Assembly (NCBI GenBank): GCA_046483045.1
Contig: JAWODY010000084.1
Span: forward strand, 6,806-70,805
Source of the DNA: Anaerolineales bacterium
GTDB lineage: Bacteria > Chloroflexota > Anaerolineae > Anaerolineales > UBA11858
Direction of reading: 5' to 3'
DNA length: 64,000 bases
In this document: positions 37,036 to 46,104 of the stretch, in pieces
Position numbering within the stretch: the first letter of the stretch is position 1
How the letters are laid out: the number at the start of each line of letters is the position of its first letter
The notes under the pieces: generated by a model
Database searches by the model: none
The model's input: only the letters and a program-made list of their open reading frames with translations
Told to the model about the DNA's origin: nothing
Made by a program: the position numbers and the translations under genes

Positions 37036-37731
37036 ATGGAAGATATCCTGCGATATTTGAAAGATTACGAATTGGTCATCTACGTTGGCCTTGCTTTAAT
37101 TGCGATCTGGCAAATAAGAAAATTCCTTTTGGCCTGGGAAGAGCTGCGTGCAGCGGCCTTTGGACTCGAGCGTGAGAGCGCGCAATCGCAATTGAACAGA
37201 ACGGCTGGTGTGTTGGTCTTTCTTCTGGTCCTGGCAATTTTCGAATATGCTTTGGTGACTTTTGTGGTTCCCAATGTACAAGGAGCGAATCCCCTGCCGA
37301 CACCGACTTTGGATGTATTGGCTACCCCCACCACTACATTACCTGCTGCAACCGCCCCTTCATCCGCCCCGGAGACGCCCGAAGGTCAAGCTGAGGAACA
37401 GGAAGCTTCCCCCGGCTGCGTTCCGGGTCAGGTGATGATCAGCTCTCCGGAGGAGGGCGAGACCGTGCAGGATATCGTAGAAATCCAGGGGACGGCAGAC
37501 ATCCCTGATTTTGGTTTTTATAAATTTGAAATTTCCAGGATGGAAGCCCAGTCTTGGTTGACCATCCAGGCGCAGGATGAAGTTAAAAGAGAAACCGAGT
37601 TGGGCTTCTGGGACACCACTCAAATAGATCCCGGACAATATAAGCTGCGGTTGGTCGTTTTTGACAACCTTGGTGCTCAGCGCGAACCGTGTGTCGTCTC
37701 TGTATATGTGGATGAACCCACTGAAGAATGA
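37036..37731 (+). CDS. membrane-anchored hypothetical protein with Pro/Thr/Ala linker and C-terminal beta-sandwich-like domain
   Basis: Two hydrophobic helices, a low-complexity PTPTLDVLATPTTTLPAATAPSSAPETP linker, then VEIQGTADIPDFGFYKFE...GQYKLRLVVFDNLG. Confidence 0.65.
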   Translation: MEDILRYLKDYELVIYVGLALIAIWQIRKFLLAWEELRAAAFGLERESAQSQLNRTAGVLVFLLVLAIFEYALVTFVVPNVQGANPLPTPTLDVLATPTTTLPAATAPSSAPETPEGQAEEQEASPGCVPGQVMISSPEEGETVQDIVEIQGTADIPDFGFYKFEISRMEAQSWLTIQAQDEVKRETELGFWDTTQIDPGQYKLRLVVFDNLGAQREPCVVSVYVDEPTEE

Positions 37732-37742
37732 TCCCTGTGTAG

Positions 37743-38285
37743 GTGTTTATGCCAGAAATTGAAATTCGCCCTGCTTTTTCAACAGATATACCCAAGTTAA
37801 TCGCTTTGGATCATAACTATACCACGGGGTTTGTGTGGCAGATGACGATTGACAAGATGGACCCCCAGACCAGGGTTTCTTTCCGGGAAGTGCAGCTTCC
37901 CAGGGAAGTCCATGTCAATTATCCCCGCAATCCAGGTGAGTTGGCGGATACTTGGACGGAGCGGGATGCGTTACTGCTGGCGGAAGGTATTGATTCCATC
38001 AAGGGCTACATCAGTTTGCGGCTAGGGATGGTGCCGGTCAGCGCCTGGGTCGAGGATCTGGTCGTGGACAGGGATGAGCGTCAGGAAGGAATTGGAACCG
38101 CCCTGATCTTAGTGGCCAAAGAATGGTGTGGTAAGCGAGGAATTGGACGCCTGACTCTGGAAATGCAACCGAAAAACTATCCTGCGATCCAGTTTGCTCA
38201 AAAATTGGGATTTGATTTCTCAGGGTACAACGATCAATTTTATAAGCATCAGGAGATCGCGATTTTCTTTACAACCTACGTGTAA
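37743..38285 (+). CDS. GNAT-family N-acetyltransferase
   Basis: The acetyl-CoA binding region RQEGIGTALILVAKEWCGKRG and KLGFDFSG. Confidence 0.8.
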   Translation: MFMPEIEIRPAFSTDIPKLIALDHNYTTGFVWQMTIDKMDPQTRVSFREVQLPREVHVNYPRNPGELADTWTERDALLLAEGIDSIKGYISLRLGMVPVSAWVEDLVVDRDERQEGIGTALILVAKEWCGKRGIGRLTLEMQPKNYPAIQFAQKLGFDFSGYNDQFYKHQEIAIFFTTYV

Positions 38286-38287
38286 TC

Positions 38288-40201
38288 ATGACTTTAAAGA
38301 CTTTGGTTCTGGACACCTTGCAGACGCTCAATCAACTGCTCACAGCTGGCATCTCCATCACCGCTTTCTCGCTGCTTTTGTATGCCTTATCGTTTAATTT
38401 ACGGGACAAAATTGCTCGATCCTTTGCCTTCATTATGACATGTGTGGTCGTGGTTTTTGTGGGAGAATCCGTGGCCAGCGTGATGGAAACACCCCAAGCT
38501 ATGGAAACCTGGCTGCGCTTTCAGTGGATTGGCCTTGCGTACCTGCCCAGTGCGTATTTACAGATGTCAGACGCGGTTTTAGCCACAACCGGACGCCCAT
38601 CCCGGGGGCGAAGGACGAAAATCGTCAAAGCGACCTACCTGATCTCCACGGGTTTCTTGGTCGCCCTCCCCTTTTCTTTATTGGTAGGTCCCCTGGTCAC
38701 GGAAAATGTCGTCTCCCCTTACCTGAAAAGAACCTGGTTGACCCTGGTGTTCACCTTTTATTACTTGGCGAGTATGATTTTTACCTGGATAAACTTCGCC
38801 CGGGCATACAACCGAACGGTGACCAGGGCATCCAGGCGGAGGATGGGGTATTTAATTGGAGGTGCCCTTGCCCCTGCGCTCGGGTCATACCCGTATCTCC
38901 TTTTTGGCGCCACCTTCGCTACGGCTCATCCGGTGATATTCTGGCTGCTGGCCCTTTTTAACAATGTTTTGGTATCCGGCTTGATCATTATTATGGCCTA
39001 TGCGGTCGCTTTTTTCGGCGTGCCGTGGCCTGATCGGGTGGTGAAGCGGCGCTTGATCAAATGGGTGATGCGTGGTCCTGTGACCGCTTCTACCGTCCTG
39101 GCTGTGGTGACCATCGCTCGCCGGGTGGGAGGGGTGTTCGCCACGTTTTCTCCTGTGATTATGGCCGGCAGTTTATTATTGATGCAGTACATGATCACCA
39201 TGCTGGCGCCGGTTTGGGAAAGGTGGTTTTTATATGATGGTGAAGAGCACAATTTAGAATTAATCCAGCATTTAGAAGAGCGGCTTCTCACTCGAGATGA
39301 CCTGCGGCAGTTCTTGGAATCGGTCATCGCCGCGGTCTGTGACCGACTGCAGGTGGAGAACGGATTTGTGGCTTCCTTGGATATTGGTGGGTTGGATTTA
39401 TTGGTCACAGTTGGACATTCAGCTGAATTTGAAAAACAAGATTTTTCTGATCAGATTCTGGAATTTGTCAACAATCAAGGCGACAGAGATAGTTTTCATA
39501 TTTTTTCTTGGGGGGAATACTGGTTGATTCCGATGTTTAAAGAAGACGGATCCGAAAACTTGTTAGGGATTTTAGGTGTAGAGCAGCCTGAAGGGGCATT
39601 GCTGGAGGATCAGCGTCAGGCCTTGGAAATCTTGGTGGACAGGGCGTCGGGAGCGTTGGAAGACAGCTACTTGCAAAGACAGGTGTTCACCTCTCTGGAA
39701 GACCTAACTCCCCAAATGGGCCGCCTGCAGCGCCTCCGGGCCGCTGCCCTGTACGATGGTACAAACGTGCTCATTTCCCCGGAAGGGGAATTAGAACTTG
39801 ACGAAGGTAAAGTCACTGAATGGGTTGGGGAAGCTTTGTCAGATTATTGGGGAGGGCCGGATCTGTCAGAAAGCCCTTTATTGCAGTTGAAAGTTGTCCA
39901 ACGGGCCTTAGATGAACATGAGGGGATCTCTGTCAAAGCGGTCCGTTCCATATTACGGGAGGCGATTGATAAGATCAAACCGGAAGGGGAGCGCCGCTTC
40001 ACGTTGGACTGGGTTTTGTACAACATCCTGGAGATGAAATTTCTGCGGGGGCAAAAGGTGCGGGATGTGGCTCGCCGGTTGGCGATGTCGGAGGCAAACC
40101 TTTACCGCAAGCAAAAAGTTGCTATCGAGGTAGTTGCGAAAACAATCATCGAGATGGAACAACAGGCCCAAAGAGAAGCGGAAGGGGAAAGTGAAGCTTA
40201 A
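38288..40201 (+). CDS. membrane one-component regulator candidate: N-terminal multi-TM (7TM-type) domain + GAF-like domain + C-terminal sigma-70 region-4-like HTH, 637 aa
   Basis: Residues 1 to about 290 form 7-8 hydrophobic helices. The centre (LRQFLESVIAAVCDRLQVENGFVASL...LLGILGVEQPEG...QALEILVDRASGALE) has a GAF-like pattern. The C-terminus LRGQKVRDVARRLAMSEANLYRKQKVAIEVVAK resembles sigma region 4.2 or a LuxR-type HTH. It starts 3 nt after the GNAT stop. Confidence 0.7.
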   Translation: MTLKTLVLDTLQTLNQLLTAGISITAFSLLLYALSFNLRDKIARSFAFIMTCVVVVFVGESVASVMETPQAMETWLRFQWIGLAYLPSAYLQMSDAVLATTGRPSRGRRTKIVKATYLISTGFLVALPFSLLVGPLVTENVVSPYLKRTWLTLVFTFYYLASMIFTWINFARAYNRTVTRASRRRMGYLIGGALAPALGSYPYLLFGATFATAHPVIFWLLALFNNVLVSGLIIIMAYAVAFFGVPWPDRVVKRRLIKWVMRGPVTASTVLAVVTIARRVGGVFATFSPVIMAGSLLLMQYMITMLAPVWERWFLYDGEEHNLELIQHLEERLLTRDDLRQFLESVIAAVCDRLQVENGFVASLDIGGLDLLVTVGHSAEFEKQDFSDQILEFVNNQGDRDSFHIFSWGEYWLIPMFKEDGSENLLGILGVEQPEGALLEDQRQALEILVDRASGALEDSYLQRQVFTSLEDLTPQMGRLQRLRAAALYDGTNVLISPEGELELDEGKVTEWVGEALSDYWGGPDLSESPLLQLKVVQRALDEHEGISVKAVRSILREAIDKIKPEGERRFTLDWVLYNILEMKFLRGQKVRDVARRLAMSEANLYRKQKVAIEVVAKTIIEMEQQAQREAEGESEA

Positions 40202-40313
40202 TCCTCCGGACCACGAGTAAGATCACCTGGTAAAGGTGAAAAAAGACTTGAAAATGACGAAAATTAAATGTTACAATGAAAGATGATCCGCGGAAGTTTA
40301 TGAGGTGACCTTA

Positions 40314-41267
40314 ATGGTTCAGGATGATCCGTTGCACCAATACTTTGATGAACCACCCAGATTGGGGGAATCCTGGTGGAAGGACGCTTTGCAGGACGCG
40401 GATCGAGAACCATTGTCCGTGTATGAGCCTTCTGATAATGGATATCCCTATCTAAATGGGTTGGGGGAGATCCATGATTCCTTCCAAAACGACTGGGATA
40501 CCATTCGACACCTTTATGAGCATGACAAGATCATCGTTCTCGACGTTGTGGGGTGCAACAAAGGGGGGCTCTTGGTCCAGGGGGAAAAGGTGAATGGGTT
40601 TGTGCCTATGTCCCATTTGATGAGAGAGGATCACAGAGAAAAAAAGGAATATCTGGGTGAATCTTTATCTTTGAAAGTGATTGAATACGAAAAGAAGAGA
40701 AATAGGGTAGTGCTTTCCGAGAGAGCTGCTCAATCAGCACCCGGTCAGCGCCTGAAGTTGCTTGACACTTTGGAGGAAGGGGAGTGTGTGCGGGGAGTCG
40801 TGACCACCATTACAAATTTTGGCGCTTTTGTGGATCTGGGAGGCGTGGAAGGGTTAATCCACATTTCCGAACTTTCCTGGGGTCGGGTTGAACATCCCTC
40901 AGATATCATATCCATTGGAGAAGAGGTGGATGTGTCTGTCCTGAATGTTGACCGCGAAGAGAGCAAAGTTGCCCTTAGTTTAAAAAACCTTTGTCGTAAT
41001 CCCTGGGAAACGATAAACGAACGCTACCGGAAAGGACAGGTGGTGAAAACCGTGGTCAAAAATATCGTTTCTTACGGCGCTTTCGTACAGCTCGAGGAAG
41101 GGGTTGACGGTTTAATACACATTTCTGAATTTGGGGAAAATGGAGATGAGATTTCGCCCTGGGACGTGTTGGAAGAAGAGCAGGTTGTAGAAGCCCAGAT
41201 CATACATCTGGATCCGGAGGGGCAGCGTTTGGGTTTAAGCCTTGTATCGGGGGACACAGAGGGCTAA
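40314..41267 (+). CDS. S1 RNA-binding domain protein (three S1 repeats; ribosomal protein S1-like)
   Basis: Repeated S1 signatures GFVPMSHL, GAFVDLGGVEGLIHISEL and GAFVQLEEGVDGLIHISEF. ATG 40314 lies 6 nt after GAGGTG. A TGtTACAAT promoter lies at 40269-40277. Confidence 0.85.
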   Translation: MVQDDPLHQYFDEPPRLGESWWKDALQDADREPLSVYEPSDNGYPYLNGLGEIHDSFQNDWDTIRHLYEHDKIIVLDVVGCNKGGLLVQGEKVNGFVPMSHLMREDHREKKEYLGESLSLKVIEYEKKRNRVVLSERAAQSAPGQRLKLLDTLEEGECVRGVVTTITNFGAFVDLGGVEGLIHISELSWGRVEHPSDIISIGEEVDVSVLNVDREESKVALSLKNLCRNPWETINERYRKGQVVKTVVKNIVSYGAFVQLEEGVDGLIHISEFGENGDEISPWDVLEEEQVVEAQIIHLDPEGQRLGLSLVSGDTEG

Positions 41268-41282
41268 GTCAGTTTTAGAGCC

Positions 41283-41857
41283 ATGAAAGAAAAATGGTGG
41301 ATACTCGCCATGGGGGTCCTGTTTGGCTTGTTAAGTGCAGGCCCGATCATTTTGGTCAGTCGCCCACCGCGGGGAAGGTCGATCATTCTCCGTCCCCCAC
41401 CCATGCCGGTTCCTATCGTGGTTGACATCAATGGAGTTGTGCACCATCCGGGGATATACTCGCTGCCTCTCAACAGTCGTGTCCGGGATGCTGTCAATGC
41501 TGCAGGCGGTTTCTCCGCGGACGCGAACTCAGATTTAATCAATGACGCAGCGCTCCTGGAAGATGGAGATCACATTCATGTCCCATCGAAAGGGGAGGAA
41601 TAGCTTCATATCCAGGGGGAGGAGAGGATGTGCATATCCAACCTACCCCAACGGAGGTTATCTTTCCCATCAATATCAATATTGCGGATCAAAAGACCTT
41701 GGAAGCCTTGCCGGGCATAGGACCCGTGACAGCGGATAAGATCATCGCCTGTCGTCAGGAGCGTTTGTTCTCCACCATTGAAGAGATCCAGCGCGTGCCG
41801 GGTATTGGTCCAGCTACATATGAAGAAATCAAGGGGTTAATTACCGTGGGGGAGTAG
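41283..41857 (+). pseudogene. comEA: comEA-like DNA receptor gene (TM + SLBB + HhH) interrupted by a frameshift
   Basis: ORF 41283..41603 encodes the TM helix and SLBB domain (VDINGVVHHPGIYSLP...GDHIHVP). ORF 41630..41857, in another frame, encodes the HhH pair (LEALPGIGPVTADKI, IQRVPGIGPATYEEI). The second frame is open back to 41546, so one nucleotide gained or lost around the G4 run at 41592-41595 would restore a single ORF. Confidence 0.6.
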
Positions 41858-41880
41858 CAGGGCGCCTCTTAAGCACTAAT

Positions 41881-44325
41881 TTACTTTTGAAACATGAACA
41901 CGGCATCTCGAAAGGGCTCCGTTTGGAGCTTGTTTTCTTCCATTTCCACCTCAACGCCATCGATCTTTGCCCCGCTGAAGAGGTCGGGCGTGTGGATGTG
42001 AAGGGAGAGCGTTTGATGAGGAAATGGATACTTTCCCATTTTTTCCCAGGTGAGATGGATTCCCCGGCGGTTTCTCTCTAGGAAAAATTGATCCAACCTG
42101 CGGGGACCATGCCCGTCACCGGCGTCTTGGTAAAGGTCACTTTTCACAAGCTCTGTCGAGGGGTCCTTGGGTGGGTAGAGATGACAATGCAGGGTCCCAT
42201 CTGCTGCTGTGGGAAGTACGCAGCCTGCTCTGACGAAGAGGGGTATTCTTTCTAAAGAGACGTCGAGTTTCATTTTCTGCGGTCCCTGATGGGCAGTGTC
42301 ATCCCAGTAGGAGATCCATTCGCCGGGGGGAAGTGCCACTTGTTTCGCAGTTTGATTTTCCTCCATGATCGGGACCACAAGAAGGTCTTCTCCAAGTAAG
42401 TACTGGTCCGTTACATCTGCCATCGTTGGATCGTTCCCATAGCTCCAAAATAGGGGGCGCATAAGAGGATGACCTGTTTGATGGCTTTTCCAGGCCAGCG
42501 TGTACAGATAAGGCAGCAGTTGGTAGCGAAGCTTGAGAAACTCTCTGACAATGCTGGTGTACGGTTCTCCATATACCCATGGCTCGCGGCGGGGTGTCCC
42601 GGTCGCGGAATGCCCCCGGAAGAAGGGGGTAAACGCCGCTAATTGAAACCAGCGGGTGAAGAGTTCAGGCGAGGGATGACCCCCGAAGCCACCGATGTCA
42701 GATCCTGTGTATGGGATGCCCGAAAGCCCGAGGTTCAGCATGATGGTCAGGGTTTGGCGAAGTGTTTCCCAAGAGGTGTTTACATCTCCCGTCCAATTCC
42801 AGGCATAGCGTTGATTTCCTGCCCATCCAGACCGGGACAGGAGCCAAGGGCGCTTTTCAGGTTGGTGCTCCGTGAGCCCTTCGTAGCCTGCTTTATTCAT
42901 CAACAATCCGTACAGGTTGTTGACCTGCTTGTGATCCCCTCCCAAACCTTCCAACCAGTATTGGGTGGGTAAGGGTAAAGTTGGTTCTCCCCAGGCGGTG
43001 AAAGCGGCGGGTTCATTCATGTCATGCCAGAATCCATCTACACCTTTTTGCAGGAGTTTCTGGTATTGAGAGCCCCACCAGGCCCGTGTCTCTGGGTGTG
43101 AGAAGTCAGGAAACGCGCACCACCCGGGCCATACTTGAGCTGTGACGGGTTTCCCATTGGGCAGTGTACAAAAATAATTTCCTTCTATACCTTCCTGGTA
43201 AAGGAAATACTTACTGTCTTTTTTAACGCCAGGGTCGATGATTGTAACCAGGTGGATCTCTTGTTCATGAAGCTGGTCTGCCAAATCGGACAAATCAGGA
43301 TATCGTTCTTGGTCCACCGTGAAAATACGATATCCCCTCATATAATCGATATCCAGATGGATGGCGCTGAGGGGCAGGTCGTGTTCTTCAAAGCCGTTGA
43401 GGACATCCTGAATGTCATCCGTTGTCTTATACCCCCACCGGGACTGGTGGTACCCTAAGGACCAGGCGGGTGGCAAGGGGGGGCGTCCTGTGAGTTCAGT
43501 GTAGCGCTGGATGAGGTGAGGGAGGGATCCAAACGTGAAATAATACCGGAGCATCCCTCCCTGGAATGAGGCCCTTGCCTTGGCGTTTGTTTGCTGGGTG
43601 GGATGGTCAAACGTAAGCGTCCCCCGAAAGGGATTTTCATAGAATACAAGGTATCCCTTGTCGCCCATCCTGCTGATGTAAAGGGGGATATTTAGGTAAA
43701 GAGGATCATCACCGGATTCGTAATGCCCGCCAATATCTTGATTCCGAATCTCGAAAGTTGCCCTGTCTCCTTCTGGGTTGGCAGCGCGGAGGTTGAGAGG
43801 GGCTGCTTTTTCTCCCAGACCATGGATGCGTTCCTCCTCTGCCAGGACTGCATCATGTTCCCATGAGGGGCCTATTTTCCGGGGAGGGAGTTCCGTGCGG
43901 ATAGTTTCGCCTTCTAGGTCAAGAAAGGTGATTTCCCCATAACTTGAGATGATGATCCTCAAATCTTCACTGGATAGGGCGTACCCTCCCTGGGCTGTTT
44001 GCCGGGTTTTGATGGAAACACTCGGCCATCCCTGATCGGTCACCGCGTAAGGAGGGGACTTTTTTCCCAGCCCCCAGGTCAGGCAGACGAGATCCGGTTT
44101 TAAAAAGTGGATTTCCAGGGAAGCGTGCGTGAATTCGAATATTATCCCGCGAAAAGTTTTTGATGTGCTGCGGAGCGGTCCAGGTTTTTGCTTTGGCTCT
44201 TTGTTTTTTGGGGTCCGGTAGCGCCAGGCTGTGAAATCCCTTTTCAGCGTAGACAGGAGGGTGAGGAGAGATTGGGAAAAGCCCAGGAAACGGAGAGAGG
44301 TGAGGATTTTTTTAAACATGTTCAT
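41881..44325 (-). CDS. glycoside hydrolase family 31 (alpha-glucosidase/alpha-xylosidase-like)
   Basis: 814 aa. Catalytic-nucleophile region GVDGFWHDMNEPA, and downstream WTGDVNTSW and GSDIGGF. Confidence 0.9.
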   Translation of the reverse strand: MNMFKKILTSLRFLGFSQSLLTLLSTLKRDFTAWRYRTPKNKEPKQKPGPLRSTSKTFRGIIFEFTHASLEIHFLKPDLVCLTWGLGKKSPPYAVTDQGWPSVSIKTRQTAQGGYALSSEDLRIIISSYGEITFLDLEGETIRTELPPRKIGPSWEHDAVLAEEERIHGLGEKAAPLNLRAANPEGDRATFEIRNQDIGGHYESGDDPLYLNIPLYISRMGDKGYLVFYENPFRGTLTFDHPTQQTNAKARASFQGGMLRYYFTFGSLPHLIQRYTELTGRPPLPPAWSLGYHQSRWGYKTTDDIQDVLNGFEEHDLPLSAIHLDIDYMRGYRIFTVDQERYPDLSDLADQLHEQEIHLVTIIDPGVKKDSKYFLYQEGIEGNYFCTLPNGKPVTAQVWPGWCAFPDFSHPETRAWWGSQYQKLLQKGVDGFWHDMNEPAAFTAWGEPTLPLPTQYWLEGLGGDHKQVNNLYGLLMNKAGYEGLTEHQPEKRPWLLSRSGWAGNQRYAWNWTGDVNTSWETLRQTLTIMLNLGLSGIPYTGSDIGGFGGHPSPELFTRWFQLAAFTPFFRGHSATGTPRREPWVYGEPYTSIVREFLKLRYQLLPYLYTLAWKSHQTGHPLMRPLFWSYGNDPTMADVTDQYLLGEDLLVVPIMEENQTAKQVALPPGEWISYWDDTAHQGPQKMKLDVSLERIPLFVRAGCVLPTAADGTLHCHLYPPKDPSTELVKSDLYQDAGDGHGPRRLDQFFLERNRRGIHLTWEKMGKYPFPHQTLSLHIHTPDLFSGAKIDGVEVEMEENKLQTEPFRDAVFMFQK

Positions 44326-44394
44326 CTTTTCGCTTTCTCGAATGGAATCAACGCCTACGCTTAGTGCATTCTATCAGAACAGGATGAAGAACAT

Positions 44395-44425
44395 AAAAAA
44401 CCTCACATCAGGTGAGGTTTTTATG
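44395..44425. terminator. bidirectional Rho-independent terminator
   Basis: AAAAAACCTCAC-atca-GGTGAGGTTTTTAT is a perfect stem flanked by an A-run and a T-run. It lies downstream of the 65-aa gene on the minus strand. Confidence 0.7.
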
Positions 44426-44601
44426 TTGTTTGGCGATATGAAAGTCGTTTTTTTCGTGATATGAATTTTGAAAAGGACATCTGTGACCAGGTTGTTTCCT
44501 CACCCAAGAGGGTACCTTTTCCCTTAGAATCACTTGGGGTGACAGGGGTTGCGTCTTTGTAGGTGATGAACCCTCGAGAGGTCGAAAAATCCTTTTCTGC
44601 G

Positions 44602-44799
44602 CTATTTTGTTTTTTTCAAAACAGGTAGACCGTTTTTACTTTCTGATACTTCATATCCGACGGGCACGCTGTCCAGAGACCCTTCCTTTTCTTCTTTGGC
44701 AAAGAAATAAAGGGTAGATTCCTTGCCACTTTTCAGCGTGCGGGTTCGTCCGTGTAAAATGTACGTTTTCCCCTTTGAGTTTGTGTATGTATAAGCCAT
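44602..44799 (-). CDS. small basic hypothetical protein, 65 aa
   Basis: ATG 44799 is preceded by a perfect AAGGAG RBS. The sequence is MAYTYTNSKGKTYILHGRTRTLKSGKESTLYFFAKEE...GLPVLKKTK. It sits alone in an AT-rich gap with its own terminator. Confidence 0.65.
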   Translation of the reverse strand: MAYTYTNSKGKTYILHGRTRTLKSGKESTLYFFAKEEKEGSLDSVPVGYEVSESKNGLPVLKKTK

Positions 44800-45103
44800 G
44801 TTTTCTCCTTTCTCAGTATATGAATGGGTACCGTCCAACAAGTGATGAATGGGATTGACCGCCTCTTTCCAAAAGCTATAAAAACCTCACGGTACGTTAT
44901 CTCTCATTCTCACCTGTTGAGTGGTTTCTAACAAAATTCGATCGTATATCTGTTTCTAATTGTAACCTTTCTGAAGCGTTTTTGCCCGTTTTTTCGAGAA
45001 AAAAGGGCCTTTTTTAATGGAAATTGGCCTTAATCAGTTCATTTTTAGGCTCTTTTGAAGTTTTAAATCTTGATTTCCCCCCAATTCGTCCTCTAAGGTC
45101 CTT

Positions 45104-45886
45104 TCATTTTTTCCGTATGGTGTATTCATCGTACTCGGCAACGCGGACAAAACCAAGTTTTTTGTAGCAGGCGATGGCAGGTTTATTATCAACTTTGACG
45201 TTTAGACCAATGGTACCCACTTCTCTTAGAAGGGAGCGGCAGAGATACGCAGTGACCTTCGTGGCGAGTCCTTGATCCCTGTACTGGGGATGGGTGGCGA
45301 TATTTCCAAGGGCAGCCACATTGTAAGTGGGCGAGTATACATGAACACCGGCGATAGAGATGAAATCCCCTCCTTTTTTAATTCCTGCATATTGCCCGCT
45401 CTCTAACATTCGGGGATCGAACCAATTTCCAGGATAGCTGGTCCGGTAAAAGATTTTCACTGCACCTGATTCAGCGGCAGAAATCCGCTGGACTTCGTCC
45501 TTCTCTGCTTCTGGGAGGGTCGACCCCTCAGCGAGGGTCATTTTTTGATGTTTGCCGTGATGCGTCAGTGAATGTGTGTCTTCTAAAACAGCCTGCACAT
45601 TGGGGCTGAGGTGGGCATAAAATGAGGGTGGGAGGAGGGGTTTGATCTTTTCAAGTAAGGCATGCAATAGAGCGGTATTTCTGGAAAGGGCCAGGAGGGT
45701 CGGAGAGGACTGACCAAAGTATAATAAAACCACTTCTCTTAATTGACCGTTATCTACCAGGCCGTACCAGTTGGTAAAAGGCCAGAAGAAATCATCCAGA
45801 TCACCGATGGGGTAGATATGAAGGGACACATCCTTTTTCAGAAAGGTGTATATACGGTCTTTGTTGTGCAGGCTGATATATTTCAT
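45104..45886 (-). CDS. GNAT-family N-acetyltransferase (two-domain type)
   Basis: C-terminal HPQYRDQGLATKVTAYLCRSLL...CYKKLGFVRV. The start is set at ATG 45886 (MKYISLHNKD); the track start at 45994 is also possible. Confidence 0.75.
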   Translation of the reverse strand: MKYISLHNKDRIYTFLKKDVSLHIYPIGDLDDFFWPFTNWYGLVDNGQLREVVLLYFGQSSPTLLALSRNTALLHALLEKIKPLLPPSFYAHLSPNVQAVLEDTHSLTHHGKHQKMTLAEGSTLPEAEKDEVQRISAAESGAVKIFYRTSYPGNWFDPRMLESGQYAGIKKGGDFISIAGVHVYSPTYNVAALGNIATHPQYRDQGLATKVTAYLCRSLLREVGTIGLNVKVDNKPAIACYKKLGFVRVAEYDEYTIRKK

Positions 45887-46104
45887 GAATCCATCGATCC
45901 GGTTCTGATGTGCGCTGCTATGATTATATATCAAGTTCCGGAGCCCTCCACGATCAGGGAACAGAAAAGTTGTGACCCGTGCTGACGGCTCCACTCGAGC
46001 TTTTAGTCGGGTATAAGTTCATCAAAGCAGGCAGATCTCCGGTATAATTTAGCCAGAAAACACACTAACAAATATATGGCTGCAAATCCCTAAAGGACCA
46101 AAAC

